Assembly (NCBI GenBank): GCA_024679065.1
Contig: JAGIQG010000019.1
Span: 23,994,001-24,058,000 of the forward strand
Direction: 5' to 3'
Source of the DNA: Sphyrna mokarran
Taxonomy: Eukaryota
Length of the DNA: 64,000 bases
Below, in pieces: positions 49,961 to 62,633 of this stretch (positions within the stretch are counted from its first letter, which is position 1; the number at the start of each line of letters is the position of its first letter). The position numbers and the translations under genes are program-made. The notes below the pieces were generated by a model. It was not told the DNA's origin and made no database searches. It saw nothing but the letters and a program-made list of their open reading frames with translations.

Positions 49961-51179
49961 CTACACATGGCCAGGAACAGAGCTCTGAAGTGGAGGGGGA
50001 GACAGGGCCTGTTGATCTTCCGGCCAGAGCCTCAGAGAAGACACTACTGGCCAAGGGTATTCCGAATTTCCTACCTCCAGATGTCAGTGGTCCAGTATTG
50101 GAGAAGACTGTATCCCAACAGACAGTAGACCACCAGTGCCAGGTAATGAAAGAGTTGATACCGTATGGATTGGGAAGTCACAGATTGAACATCACCATCA
50201 CTCTGAACTTTCTGGTAGCTCATTTCAGGGCTGCATGTGTGACCCGTGTGATATCTCCCAGTCAGCAATGCTTAAGGTAGGTCACAGATGTTCTCTTTGC
50301 GAGGGCCCATCATATACATCAACTTAAACTGAGACCATGAAATCCAGGACATCAAGGCCATGGATTTCACTTGCATAGCAGGAATGCTCCAGATGCATAA
50401 AATGCATTTACATGACACTGCGCTCCCCTTGGGCGCCATTTTTGAACTATAAGGGATACCACTCCTTCAAAGTCCAGATCACCTGTTGCGCATCACGCAG
50501 GCATATGTCCATTACCCAGGGAGCATTCCATAGTTACATCTTGCAGAGTTCATGGATCCTAGCCATCTTTGAGGGACAGTAATGGTTGAAGGGATGGATC
50601 CTCAGTACTCACAGCTCCTTTTGTTCGAGAGTCATGGGCAGACATAAATTCAAACATTTTAAGGATCTTGGTTCCATTTTTTTTCGAAATAGCCATATGG
50701 ATATCTATGTGTATTTTATAAATACATACAGTGTGAGGTTTCAAACTCTCACACAATGTTTATTCCATAGCCAAAGGCAGGTTACCTGGTTGTTATCACC
50801 TTGCTCTTTGCAGGAGCTTGCCTTGTTTTAGTCACTGCACTTCTGACATCACAGTGGCAATTGCATTTCAGTTATTGGCTTCATTGGCTGGAAAGCACTT
50901 TGGAACATCCTGAGTTTGTGAAAGGCGTTAAATAAATTCAAGTCTTTTCTTTCTTCCTTGAGCGGTAATAGTGGAACACTCGTATTAGTATTTTTCCCTG
51001 TCGTTGAAAACAATAGCAGCTCAAGTGTACATAAAAAGGTCAACCCTCTTAAGGCACATTGTACATTTTCTGTGCTCTCAACCTCTCACTGTCATTGAGC
51101 AAACACGCAGGAAGATTTTCATAAAGACACATTACAAATTATACTTTGTGTATCTCCATCACTATTAGACGGATTAGGG

Positions 51180-51475
51180 TTACAGAGGTTAGCACTGCTG
51201 CTTCATAGCGCCAGGGACCCAGATTGGATTCTGGCCTTGGCTGACTGACTGTCTGGGTTTTGCATGTCCTCTCCCTGTCTGCATGGGTTTCCTCCTGATG
51301 CTTCAGTTTCCTCTCGCAGTCCAAAGATGTGTGGGTTAGATTGATTGGCCATGCTAAATTGCTCTTTAGTTTCAGGGGGAGTAGGGAAAAATACGTGAGG
51401 TTATGGGGATAGGGCCTGCATGGTATTATTGTCGGTGTAGACTCGATAGGCCGAATTGCACTGTAGGGATTCTGT
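51180..51475 (+). mobile_element. HE1-like V-SINE, type A
   Basis: Head, V-domain and tail. Confidence 0.85.
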
Positions 51476-51597
51476 GGCAACACCTAGTAGTCTGATATGT
51501 CTCAGGCAGTCATCCAAGTTATACTGAGAAGAATTTCTTCAGCCAGAGGGTGGTGAATCTGTGGAACTCATAGGATTATGGTAGCCAAGTCATTGAG

Positions 51598-52010
51598 TGG
51601 GCCTGATTCTCCCATCACGACATATGAATTTTTTGGCGCATTGAGTTGGGAGGTGCCCGTGAGGGTTATTTTGCAGGATTTATGATCTCCCACTGCTGGC
51701 GAGCATGTGCAGTCAAGATCATGCTGGAAACTGGCGGGAAGACCAGTTAAGTGATTTTAATCTGTTTTTAATGTAATTAAAATGTCATTATTGGGCCCGG
51801 GACTGAATACTCTAGCCCAATCACATCTCTCACCCTACCAGGAGTATTTCACTCCGGCTGGGTTTAGATTAGCTCCCCACTTTTGGGGAACTAGCGGGAG
51901 ACCGTGCTGGAGTGAAAGGGGAAAATCAGGGCCCTTCAGGCAGTGGTGGAGTAGTGCCCCCTGAACATGGGTATCCTGGCACTGACCAATAGGAAAAGTG
52001 CCCATGCCCC
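51598..52010. mobile_element. Harbinger-like terminal segment
   Basis: TIR-like TGGGCCTGATTCTCCC start followed by a GC-richer subterminal region. Confidence 0.4.
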
Positions 52011-52592
52011 ACCCCAAAATAATTTGTTTATGAATTCCAGCAAGTGCAGACATACTCAATACATCTGACAGTAAACATAAATAAAAAAAAAATTATCCAT
52101 GTTCCTCAGGAAGACTGGGAAACTTTATCAATTCTTTCCTGACTCCAGACACAAATTGTTAAGAAAATCTCAAGCTCTTTATAGACAAAAAAAAACCCTC
52201 ACTGATTCATTTTGATATGACAAATATTGTGAACAAGAACCCCAGAAATGAGATATTACCTTGAGAACAACAGCTGCCAACTTATTTGCTGGGATGTAAC
52301 TAATTATCCTGAGCTGCGTTGGCCCACTTCCTATCTCAAGGACTGCCTTGGCTATCCTTTTCTATACAAATAAGTCAATTGGCGTGAATCACACATCCTG
52401 CACTTTCAGTAGAAGCTAAACAGCACATCCAGTTAAATTGTACCCTGACACATTAAAGCACTTTGGGAATGAACAGCTTTAATCATTTCATTATTTCTAG
52501 CTATAGTACAAATCCATAAGCCATTTATAAGTAAAAATAAAACAACAGTCATAATCATGTGAGACTTCACCAACTCCTAATCTGATGCCAAT

Positions 52593-52799
52593 ATAAAAGC
52601 AAATTACTGCGGATGCTGGGATCTGAAACACAAACAGAAAAAGCTGGAAAATCTCAGCAGGTTTGACAGCATCTGCGGAGAGAAAACCGAGCCAATGTTT
52701 CGAGTCTGGATGATTCAGACTTGAAATGTTGGCTCCATATTCTTTTCAGAGATGCTGTCAGACTTGCTGAAATTTTCCAACTTTTTCTGTTTGTGTTTC
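52593..52799. mobile_element. Second-family PLE foldback element (~175-nt hairpin)
   Basis: 52625-52709 is the imperfect reverse complement of 52713-52799. The centre holds two truncated HHR halves (CAGACTCGAAACATTGGCTC). Confidence 0.8.
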
Positions 52800-52999
52800 T
52801 AACCTGCTCTGTATGTGTATACACAATTTGGGTATCTTGCAACTGGTTTGTCAAATTAAACTGAGTGAATGGAAATGTGTGCATGTGTGTTCAGAATCAT
52901 GTTTAAAGCCCTTTAATATTCTGGTGAGGTCTTTTGGTTGCCTTAAATGTAGCTTGGCGCTAAAACCAGAGAAAGTGCAAGCAATGTGAGTCCATATAG

Positions 53000-53790
53000 T
53001 CTACTCCATGACCTTACTGGTGATTGTATGACCACACTATAGGCATACTCTGCATCTGTGCCTGTGTTCCTGACCATAAGTCATGTCCAGAAAGGACACC
53101 TCTTGTTGCCACCTATGAATTGACTACCTGATTGGGCGGCATGGTAGCACAGTGGTTAGCACTGCTGCTTCACAGCTCTAGGAACCTGGATTCGATTCCT
53201 GGCTTGGGTCAATGTCTGTGTGGAATTTGCACAATATCCTTGTGTCTGCGTGGGATTTCTCCAGGTTTCCTCCCACAATCCAAAGATGTGCCGGTTAGGT
53301 TGATTGGCTGTGCTAAAAATTGCCCCTTAGAGTCCTGACATGCGTAGGTTAGAAGGATTAGCGGTCAAGTATGTAGGGATATGGGGGTAGGGCCTGGGTG
53401 AGATTGTGGTCAGTGCAGCCTCGATGGAACAAATGGCTTCTTTCTGCACTGTAGGGTTTCCGTGAATCTATGATTGACAGAAAGCAATTCAGAGGACTGG
53501 TGCAGGAAGGATAGACGAATCTTGGCTGCATTCAGGAGCAAGGCAGAAACCTGCAAAAAGCACTACATGTAATCACAAAAAAATTGCACGTTCAGGAAAT
53601 GGTATCCCCCTTTATGGGTAAAGCTGGCATATTGGTGATGGGGAGCATACAGGTCAATGTAAGTGCAGTTTGTGGCACCGTGGAGCCTGGGAAGCCTGCA
53701 ATGAGGGTAATCCCAAGAGCTCTCTCTCATCTTGCTTTGTTCTATGTATGGGGAAATGAGTAACTTTTGTAATACATCAGTGCACAGCAA
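53000..53790 (-). pseudogene. Decayed PIF/Harbinger transposase, split by an HE1 SINE
   Basis: RLPRLHGATNCTYIDLYAP..FTHKGGYHFLNVQFFCDY; ECSQDSSIL; [SINE]; FIGGNKRCPFWT*LMVRNTGTDAEYAY..HTITSKVME*TI. Confidence 0.85.
53134..53474 (+). mobile_element. HE1-like V-SINE, type A
   Basis: Full length, with a GGGCGGCATGGTAGCACAGTGG head. Confidence 0.9.
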
Positions 53791-54279
53791 ACTGCAAGAT
53801 GTTACTCCTGAATTAGAAGCCCCTTAGCCAGGCTTTTCATGTGCACTTATGAGCCTAGCATTTATCTATAATATAGCCCAGATATATCCTAGTGACAAAA
53901 TGCAGGGTAAATCTAGATCATTCAATTACTATTCTGTCAATCTCCCTACAAACATCAGCCAAGTTATAGAAGGAACTACCAATAATGTCATCACAAGTTG
54001 AATAAAAAATCTACTTCTTGTCATATAAAACCTTTATAATAGAATCTTGGTAGAAACCTATGCTATTATTCAGACATTGTGTCAATTATGCTTAAAGTAT
54101 TTTAAGGACAGGCTGCCAAGGTACTGAAGCAGTTTAAGGACTGAAGGAATAATGGAGCAAATGTTCAATTATGCATAAAGTTTCTGAGCGGAGCATTTGC
54201 TGGAAGAGGATAAAAAAAAAGTGCAGTCTGGTAATAATCTAGTAAATAAACAGGACCTTAGTTAACCATTCATAGGACT

Positions 54280-54755
54280 AATAATATTGGACACCTCCTG
54301 GTAGTACAAAGTGCCGAATATGGAAGTACACCAGCGTGTAGGGATCCCACAGGATGGATTTCCTCTTGATTCAGTGGCAGCTCTGTTGGCTGGTTCATGT
54401 ATCCTGTACAGTTGATGGCTCCGTAGTGAGACATGCTCCATGGTGATATTGCTATTGGCACAAGACCAACAGGTCACTCACATCTACACTAGAAGGATGT
54501 CAGCAAGTGAGACCTTGAGTTGATTGTGGTCAGATTCAATGAATGGGAAGTCCTTGTTGCTGACTGGGCTGCCTGGAGACATGTAGTCAGGACTAATGTG
54601 GAGAATGCAGAGGACAAAAGAAATGACCAGATAGAGGAAGAGAGAGTCCAATGGAAGAAACACATCAGTAATGGGCCAATACTATTCATCAGTGTCATCT
54701 ATGGAAGGAATTGCCACACACATGTTGGTCTCTAACGCAACAATAGATGTGTTCA
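54280..54755 (+). mobile_element. RTE-clade LINE C-terminal remnant
   Basis: YKVPNMEVHQRVGIP; QLCWLVHV; MLHGDIAIGTRPTGH..KDVSK*DL; WEVLVADWAAWR; decayed zinc-finger GRNCHTHVGL. Confidence 0.75.
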
Positions 54756-55480
54756 ATCCAGGGATGTCATATAACCTGCGTCTAGTCCAGTTCCCAAGAC
54801 AGACACATTATTATTATTAGAATGAGTCAAAAATAGTTGTTTAGTATTACAGTTCTTCTCTTCAATGTGTCTATAGCTTGAATTTCTTTTATTTGTCCTC
54901 TTAATCAGAGCACTTAGAGTTTCAGGCTGACATCCTTATTTTCTGCTATTGACTGCATAACTTATCCTTTGATTGACTTATTGATTGCTATGTTACAGAG
55001 AATGGATAGGCTGGACACTAAGTATACTGGAACAGTCTAGATTTCCTTGCATTTTTGCCTATTTCAAAACCACATGGATTATACATATCCCCCATAATTT
55101 TTTCTTTCCTATGTTTTATACTTCCATCTTACTTTGTATCACAATTTTCCTGTGGAATTTCATGTGTCACTGAAACATCTCTTTACACATTTGCATCTAA
55201 TTCTCTTCGGATCATTATTGTTCAGATTCAACTGTCTTTCCCCTAACTGGTGGCTTATTCAAAATTGGAATACCCAGCTGGGATTTCTTTGATTTAAAAG
55301 GACCCATTTGGTACTTTTGCAATTTAAAAAATGCTACAATCTTGTAATACCTTCCAATTATTTGTTACGCAGTGTGTTTTGTTCTGCAGAAAATAAAACT
55401 GTCTCATTAAGGACTATATAATAGACACAAAATACTCCATACATCCTCCTTTATTACAGAATTGTTACAGCGCACAAAGA

Positions 55481-55847
55481 GGCCATCCATTAACTCTATC
55501 TACACTTCATGCTGCCTTGGAAAAATAGCCAGCATAATTGAGGACCCCATGCATCCAGGACATTCTCTCTTCCACCTTCTTCCATTGGGAAAAAGATACA
55601 AAAGTCTGAGAGCACGTGCCAACCGACTTAAGAAAGGCTCTTCCCTGCTGCTGTTAGACTTTTGAATGGACATACCTTGCATTAAGTTGATCTTTCCCTA
55701 GACCCTAGCGAAGACTGTAACACTACATTCTGCACTCTGTTGCTCCCTTCTCTATGAATGGTATGCTTTGTCTGTATAGTGTGCAAGAAACAATGCTTTT
55801 CATTACATACTCGTACATGTGACAATAATAAATCAAATCAAATCAAA
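55481..55847 (+). mobile_element. Rex1/Babar-type LINE 3' end
   Basis: PSINSIYTSCCLGKIASIIEDPMHPGHSLFHLLPLGKRYKSLRARANRLK, followed by an (ATCAA)n tail. Confidence 0.85.
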
Positions 55848-56605
55848 TAAAAGGCCATTTGGCCCATCAGTTCTGCACTGACTCTCCAAACAAGCATGAT
55901 TCTTTCCCTTCATACCCCAGCATATTTGCCACAATTTTGCATCCACTTTCACTGCAATTGCAAATGGCGACATGGGCGCAAAGTATTGCACACTCCGAAA
56001 ACGAGAATCTCGTCAATGAGATCTTGTTTTCCAATTCCTTGCCCTTCCCATTCTGCCAATGACGTAACGCCAGTAACAAAATTTCCACTCAGGAAGGACA
56101 AGAAACTCATTTCAATAAATATAAATATAATCAGCAGGCTTTCCTGCCATACTGTCCCCCCCTCACACTTGGAGTTTACCCATTGTCAAGGTGAACTTGG
56201 CACAGCTAACAACCGCTTTTCACAGACAGGAAACAGGTAAAGGGGACCTACTAGGAATGCACAGGTGAATAAAGCCCCGGAGGGAATGGGACAGGCATGG
56301 ACAGTATCCTGGCACTGTCTCCCTGCACTCCACCTTGCACTCACCCCAAATGGCAGTGCCAGGGTACCTGGGGGTAGTGACAAGGGGCCTCAGAGGGGCT
56401 TTATTTGGGGAAGAGGTGTTTTTCCTCATGCGTATGTGTGGGGAGCTTGGTGGGTAGGGTTTTCCTGTGTTGTCTACTGGAGATATGGGAACCTTAGCTC
56501 ATGATTCCTAGCTGCTGGTTCCACTGGCTCCACCTCACCAGTGTGATGACATGGGCCATGTCTCCAGATTTTTTCTGAGTGTTAGATTGTTCAACACTCA
56601 GTTTT

Positions 56606-56945
56606 TAGAATCATAGAATCCTTACTGTGCAGAAGGGGCCATTCGGCCCAATGAATCTGCACCGACAACAATCCTGTCTAGGCTCTATCTCTGTATCCCA
56701 CCTATTTGCCCTGCTAATTCCTCTAACCTATGCGTTGCAAGACACTAAGGGCAATTTAGCATGACCAATCCACCTAACTTGCACATCTTTGGACTGTGGG
56801 AGCAAACTAGAGCACTGGGAGGAAACGCACACAGACATGGGGAGAACAGAGTCTATATAGACAGTGACCCAAACCGAAATCAAACCCAGGTCCCTGAAGT
56901 TGTGAGGCAGCAATTCTAACCACTATGCCAGCATGTCACTGTGCC
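56606..56945 (-). mobile_element. HE1-like V-SINE, type A
   Basis: Full length. Confidence 0.85.
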
Positions 56946-57059
56946 ACTCATCTGGAAAATAAACCAAACTGTGCAGCTGATGAGCTACATGCAGGTTTGC
57001 TCACCTCAGCCAGCACTCTGTGCACAGAATGGAAAGTTGCATGCTCTGTTCTTATTCAG

Positions 57060-57425
57060 GTAATCACCCAACTCCCTCTTCAATGCCTTGTTTGAACCTG
57101 TTTCCACCATACTTCCAGGCGATGCATTCCACACACAAGCCACTCGCGGTGTGTAAAAGCCTTTTCCCACCTCTCATTTGCCTTTGCAAATCTATGCATT
57201 CTCGTTCTTGCTCCTTTTATAAAGAGAATATTTATCCCTACCTATTCTGTCTGGCCCTCTCATGATTTTGAGCATCTCTATCAGATCTCCTCTCAGTCCC
57301 CTTCTTCTCTCGAAAGATAACAGTCTCAATCTGTCCAATTTATCCTCAGAACTGAAGTTTCTCATCCCTGGAACCGTTTTTGTAAACCTCTTTTGCAGTC
57401 TCCAAGGTGTTTGCATCCTTCCTAT
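57060..57425 (-). mobile_element. CR1 3' fragment
   Basis: RLQKRFTKTVPGMRNFSSEDKLDRLRLLSFERRRGLRGDLIE. Confidence 0.85.
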
Positions 57426-57599
57426 GGCAATAACATTGCTTGGAATAAAATGATTTCTATGATGCAGTTTCCGCTCCTGAGACAATGTTCATCAATCAGT
57501 AGAAATGACTGCAACTAATTGGGAAGTGCACAAATTGGTGGCCATACGAATTATAATGAGAGTAATCACTATCTTCTGCGCTGCACAAACTGGCAGAGA

Positions 57600-58000
57600 A
57601 GGACTTGGAAATATTAGCCGGAAATGGAGGCATATTCCCAGAATAAAGAAACAGATTAGTTCCTTGAAGAAATGCTGAGGATATAAGAAGATCTTTGGTG
57701 CCAAAACCAGTGTTGACATAACTGTGCAGGCATGTCTGGCTCAAAAGATATGTCACCACTCTTGCTGATGTGTTGATGTTGATCCAGGATATTTGGGATG
57801 CAAATTCTGCAGAATTCCATCAGTGTTCATGCCAACTATCTCCTGAGGACATCCTAGGATTTCAATTGAGGACAGGCTTTCTACTGGGTGTGCGTCTGCC
57901 AGCATTTGGATCACATGCTGTGCTTTCAGGCCAGCCACCAAGTTAGAGGCAGAAGACTGCTTATGCTTATTGCAGAAGCCAAACACAATCTCCAAAAAAG
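57600..58000 (+). mobile_element. Possible ancient RTE-like LINE remnant
   Basis: KIFGA / PVLT*LCRHVWL / IQDIWDANS..SPEDIL..LLGVRLP..VLSGQP..RGRR loosely follows the RTE C-terminal motif order. Confidence 0.35.
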
Positions 58001-58289
58001 ATACAAGATTGGCAACAGAAATAGCTTCATCTATTTGTTCTTCACAATCATGTTTAAATTCAGAAATTAATAAATTCAAGTAACCTTTATTTTTCAATTT
58101 CAGAGGATGTAAGCATTTTTTAAAAGGACAAAACTGTATCAAAGACATATGATTTATTTATAATTTGAATTGGGGAGATTAAAATTTAAATTCTAGGCAT
58201 CAAATCTAACGTTGAAATAAAATCAAATTAGAATCCAAATAGCTTAAGAATAATGAGTTAATGTAATTAACTGCCTTACGAGCCTGGTT

Positions 58290-59502
58290 GAGTTCTATGA
58301 AAATGTGACTAAATACATTGACGAAGGAAAAGTGGTAGATGTGATTTGTATGGACTTCAACAAAGCGTTCGATAACGTCCCCCATGCAAGACTTCTTGAG
58401 TAAGTGAGACGGCATGGGATCCAAGGAGCTGTTACCTTGTGGATCCAGAACTGGCTTGCCTGCAGAAGGCAGAGAGTGGTTGTTGATGGGTCTTTTTTTG
58501 TATGGAGGTCGGTCATCAGTGGAGTGCCCCAGGGATCTGTTCTGGGACCTTTGCTGTTTGTAATTTTCATAAATGACCTGGATGAGGAAGTGGTGGGATG
58601 GGTTGGTAAGTTTGCTGATGACATGGAGATTGGTGGTGTTGTGGATAGTTTGCAGGGATGTCAGAAGTTGCAGCGTGACATAGATAGGATGCTAAGCTGG
58701 ACGGAGAAGTGGCCAATGAACTTCAACCCAGATAAATGTGTAGTGGTCCACATGACAGGTCAAATGGAATGAAGGAGTATAGTATCAAGGCTAAGACTCT
58801 TAGCAGTGTAGAGGATCAGGAGGACCTTGAGTCCGGATCCATTAGGACTCCTAAATTGGTTTCACAGATAGATAATGTGGTTAAGAAGGCATCTGGTGTA
58901 CTGGCCTTCATCAATCGAGGGATTGAGTTTAGGAGTCGGGAGATAATGTTGCAGCTTTATAAGACCCTAGCCAGACCTGTTTTCGAATACCATGCTCAGT
59001 TCTGGTCGCCTCATTATAGGAGGGATGTGGAAGCTATTGAAAGGCTGCAGAGGAGATTTACAAGGATATTGCCTGGATTGGGTGGCATGCCTTAGGCAGA
59101 TAGGTTGAGGGAACTCAGTCTTTTCTCCTTAGAGAGACGAAGGATGGGAGGTGACCTGATAGAAGTGTATAAGATGTTGAGAGGTATAGATTGGGTGGAT
59201 TCTCAGAGGCTTTTTCCCAGGGCTGGAATGGTTGCTACGAAAGGACATAGATTTAAGATGCTGGGGAGTAGGTACAGAAGAGATGTCAGGGGTAAGTTTT
59301 TCATTCAGAGAGTGGTGGGTGAGTGGAATTGGCTGCCGTCGGTGGTGGCGGAGGCAAATTCGATAGTCTTTTAAGAGACTTCTGGATGAGTACATGGGAC
59401 TTAATAGAACAGAAGGTTATAGGTAAGCCTAGTAAGTAGGGATATCATCAGCACAATTTGTGGGCTGAAGGGCCCGTTTGTGCTGTAGTTGTTCTATGTT
59501 CT
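58290..59502 (+). mobile_element. CR1 LINE, RT domain to 3' end, with frameshifts
   Basis: VDVICMDFNKAFDNVPHARL; GVPQGSVLGPLLFVIFINDL; FADDME; FWSPHYRRD; TKGHRFK; GTTCTAT tail. Confidence 0.95.
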
Positions 59503-60037
59503 AATTGTTTTAGCTTTACAAATGTAACTGAATCATTTGAGACTCCCAGGTCTTTACAACGACCAAGGTTGTTACTATCAAATATCAATCTTTCACTTTT
59601 GTCTCACACTGCAGAATGTTGTTTCATTACCAGATATGGAATATTAAAAAAAGAAAAATTATTTTCCAGTAACAACACAGGCTCCAAGCTCCTTTAATAG
59701 TCATAGCAGATACAGTAGACTATTTGATCTGAATGGTGTACGCAGACTAGAAGGTATAGGTTTGAAGCCAGCACATCAAGTAACACTAGAAATTACAATA
59801 GGATTATTCTTCTTCAGTATAATGAATAAAGAGCAAGTGGCATTCCAGTAGCATCAGCGATTTTGAGTTGATTTACCTCTTGAAAATATGCAGTATAAAT
59901 ATTTAGTTGGGAATAGAATTGGGGGTTATCAGAATAAATATTGCATGAGGTCATCAAATAATCTTTGAGCCAAGTGTCTGTCTGTTTCCAGTTGAGAGTG
60001 AAGGGCTTTTGTTGCACAACTGAATCAAAAGATGAAG

Positions 60038-60160
60038 AGTGGGATTCTCTGGCTGCACTTGTCCCAAAACCAGAAAGTGCGAGGTCAATGGAACTTTGCA
60101 TGGTTCACACCCCCTGCTCGCTACAATTTCCATGGCAAGTGGAGAGGGAAAGTTCTTCCT
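60038..60160. mobile_element. Harbinger-type MITE
   Basis: AGTGGGATTCTCTGG start and the internal GAGGTCAATGGAACTTTGCATGG shared with 44669-44776. Confidence 0.6.
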
Positions 60161-60945
60161 GAAGTACGTCTTGGAGTTCTGGCTGTGGATCCAGGATAAG
60201 GGGGCTTGGGGATCAGAGACTGGGGCATATATATACCTCAAGCTTGCATTGATCTTCAATGGGACAATATAAAAACCTGGGGTTAGATAGATCAAATCAA
60301 AGTGTTGCTGGCATCCCACTGTATTACACTGAAGCTCAATGCAAACTTGAGAAACAGCACCAATCTTATTACTGGGCACTTAACAAATTTAGATCTTAAC
60401 CACTGCTTCCTGTTCCTCTTTAACAATTTGGGCCCATCTTTTAGTCCCATAAACATCTCATTAGCTCACCTTGTCATTACACCATCATCCCTTACAGTAA
60501 GTTTTAAAAGGGTATTTGGATAAATTTAGAACTAGGGCAGAATGTTCCCCAGAGGTAAGCGAAGGCTGACAACTGGCAGGAAAATCTGACAAAACCGGGA
60601 ATAAAAAAGCACCGCCCCACCCACTTTATATAATTTAGCTGTGTATGGCCTAATGCAGATCATAAATTAACCCTTTAAGCTGATATAATTTGACAGAGAA
60701 ATAACCATCAAGCAAAGTCTCAGATGCTGAATTAAAAAATAACACCACAGCTTAAAAGAATAAAAGATAAAACCACAATGCATTTATTAATTGACTAAAA
60801 TAAACGAACAAGAAGTATACTTATTAACAATGCGCCATAGATGTGACTCCAAATGAATGGCCAATCTGGAAGAAGCAATAAACTCTAGAAGTCTTCCCAC
60901 TGAGAGAAATTCTGCCTCTGTTCCTGGGCCCAGTGCTAAACTATG

Positions 60946-61125
60946 AGGGGAGATTTTCCTATCCCGCCTGCCATGGGAACTGTAGCAGATGGGGCGGTGG
61001 GGCGATGGGGTGGTGGGGGGAGGTGGGGAAGGTTCTGGGGGAGTGGGCACGGACCATACTAAGGTCCATTTTGACCTCAGATAGAATTTTCTGGCTTTGA
61101 TACATTGACAGGAATTCTATCTCTG
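60946..61125. mobile_element. Harbinger-type MITE with a G-run expansion
   Basis: GAGGGGAGATTTTCC start; several G4-G6 runs at 60991-61047. Confidence 0.55.
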
Positions 61126-61644
61126 TCTCCAAGACTAGACAATACAATCAGTTAGCCTGCAATTGATGCAAATAAACAAGATGGTTCCCAAAACCATCTT
61201 TAAACCTAATTCTGGCATCACTCCATCTTGATCCAAAGATGTTACTAATAGATCAATTGTGGTTAAGGACTCATTTGATTGGATCTGGCCATTAGTTCAT
61301 TTGCCTTAAACATAAGACAATGGATTAGTTCAAGATGTATTACTTATTTTAAACTGGACTTACTCCTTATTCATTCAGAGCACTTACCAGACTAGTCAAG
61401 GACAGTTTATTTTGATAGGGATTTTGATGGAATAATGCAATTTCTTCTCACAGATATTCTCATGGTGTGTTTAAAACATGAATAGGAGTGCTAGTGAAAA
61501 AAACAGAAATAATTAACAGCTAATAACTAAATAACTACTTATTCATACTTCTAATAATCATATGTTGCTGGTTGATTAATATTTTATAATACTAATGCTT
61601 TGTGTGTGAAAATATTATATATTTGGCAGCAGCTGTTCATAAAT

Positions 61645-61805
61645 AGTTTCCTTCCTTCCTTGACTGACCTCTGTCTTTATATCTGGTGAAAGATTGTTCA
61701 CCAGTATCCATTACGAGCCCACCAATTCTCACAGCCTTGCCTACATCTCTTCCCTGCTCACAACCTGTAAGGACTCCACGCCATTCTCAGTTCTTTTGCC
61801 TCTTT
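61645..61805 (+). mobile_element. PLE reverse transcriptase (thumb region) fragment
   Basis: PFLD..SVFISGERLFTSIHYEPTNSHSLAYISSLLTTCKDSTPFS resembles PLE LPFLD..YxKPTDSHxYLxYxSSHPxxCKxSIPFS. Confidence 0.75.
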
Positions 61806-62281
61806 CCATGAAGGTGCCATTGATATGTCTTCCTTCAACTATCGCTCCTTACCTCCCCCCTCCCCAACCCCAATACAAAATGATGGCTTGAACTTATTAA
61901 CCTACTGCAAAATACAGGTATTATGAAAGTTAAGCAGGCAATCTTTACTAAACTAAAATATAAACTCCAGGCCTACATATAATTATTTCAAAGTCTTTTA
62001 ATTGCTTCTGTCTATAGTATAATGGAGTATAGATTTAAGACCCATGATGGATTAACTGTAATAGTCTGTGATGTAATAGAAGGAAGTGACTTATATTCAT
62101 ATGATGTGAGAGAATCCAGGAGAAACTAACATAGAAAGAAAGAAATGTTTTATATAACATAACATAAATACGTTACAACAAAATTAGAGTGTTTGCAGCT
62201 AACAGCCTTCAGGAGTTACAGAAACTATTCCAATCCAAAAAGAAGTAATCTCCCATCAAACATAGATATTCTGATCTTTCA

Positions 62282-62633
62282 TTTTTTTTTTATTCGTTTG
62301 TGGGACATGGGCATCGTAGGCTGGCCAGCATTTATTGCCCATCCCTAGGTGCCTGAGGACAAGTTAGAATCAACTGTGTTACTGTGGCTCTAAGGGCACA
62401 TGTAGGCCAGACCAGGTAAGTGTGGCAGATTTCCTTCTTTAAAGACATTGATGAACCAGGTGAATTTTTCCTACATATGTTTAATGGTTATCAGTAGATT
62501 CTTAATTACAGATATTTTTCTTTGATTTTAAATTCCACCATCTGCCATGGTGGGATTTGAACCAGGGTCCCCAAAGGGAAAAAAAGTTTCAGGATTAATA
62601 GTCTAGCAATAATACCACTAGGCCATTGCCTCC
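62282..62633 (-). mobile_element. tRNA-derived SINE with a LINE-like tail (not HE1)
   Basis: Head GGAGGCAATGGCCTAGTGGTATT..GGTTCAAATCCCACCATGGCAG; 3' end GGGCAATAAATGCTGGCCAGCC..poly(A). Confidence 0.75.

Larger units (their letters stand above)
49635..50606 (+). pseudogene. Decayed PIF/Harbinger transposase, interrupted by a PLE mini-element
   Basis: RRHYWPRVFRISYLQMSVVQYWRRL; ITITLNF; GSSFQGCMCDPCDISQSA; QVTDVLFARA-like; FTCIAGM; FLNYKGYHSFKVQITC; HYPGS; IFEG..LKGWIL. Confidence 0.85.

Noticed and set aside
49635-50606. Domesticated HARBI1 gene
   Set aside because: Multiple stops, frameshifts, deletions and an insertion show it is a decayed transposon copy.
53134-53205. tRNA gene-like heads (A and B boxes) here and in other SINEs
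   Set aside because: They continue into the V-domain and LINE-derived tails, so they are SINE heads and not tRNA genes.
57753-58148. 131-aa minus-strand ORF that looks protein-like
   Set aside because: No known motif or convincing splice context. The opposite strand loosely resembles an RTE LINE remnant.
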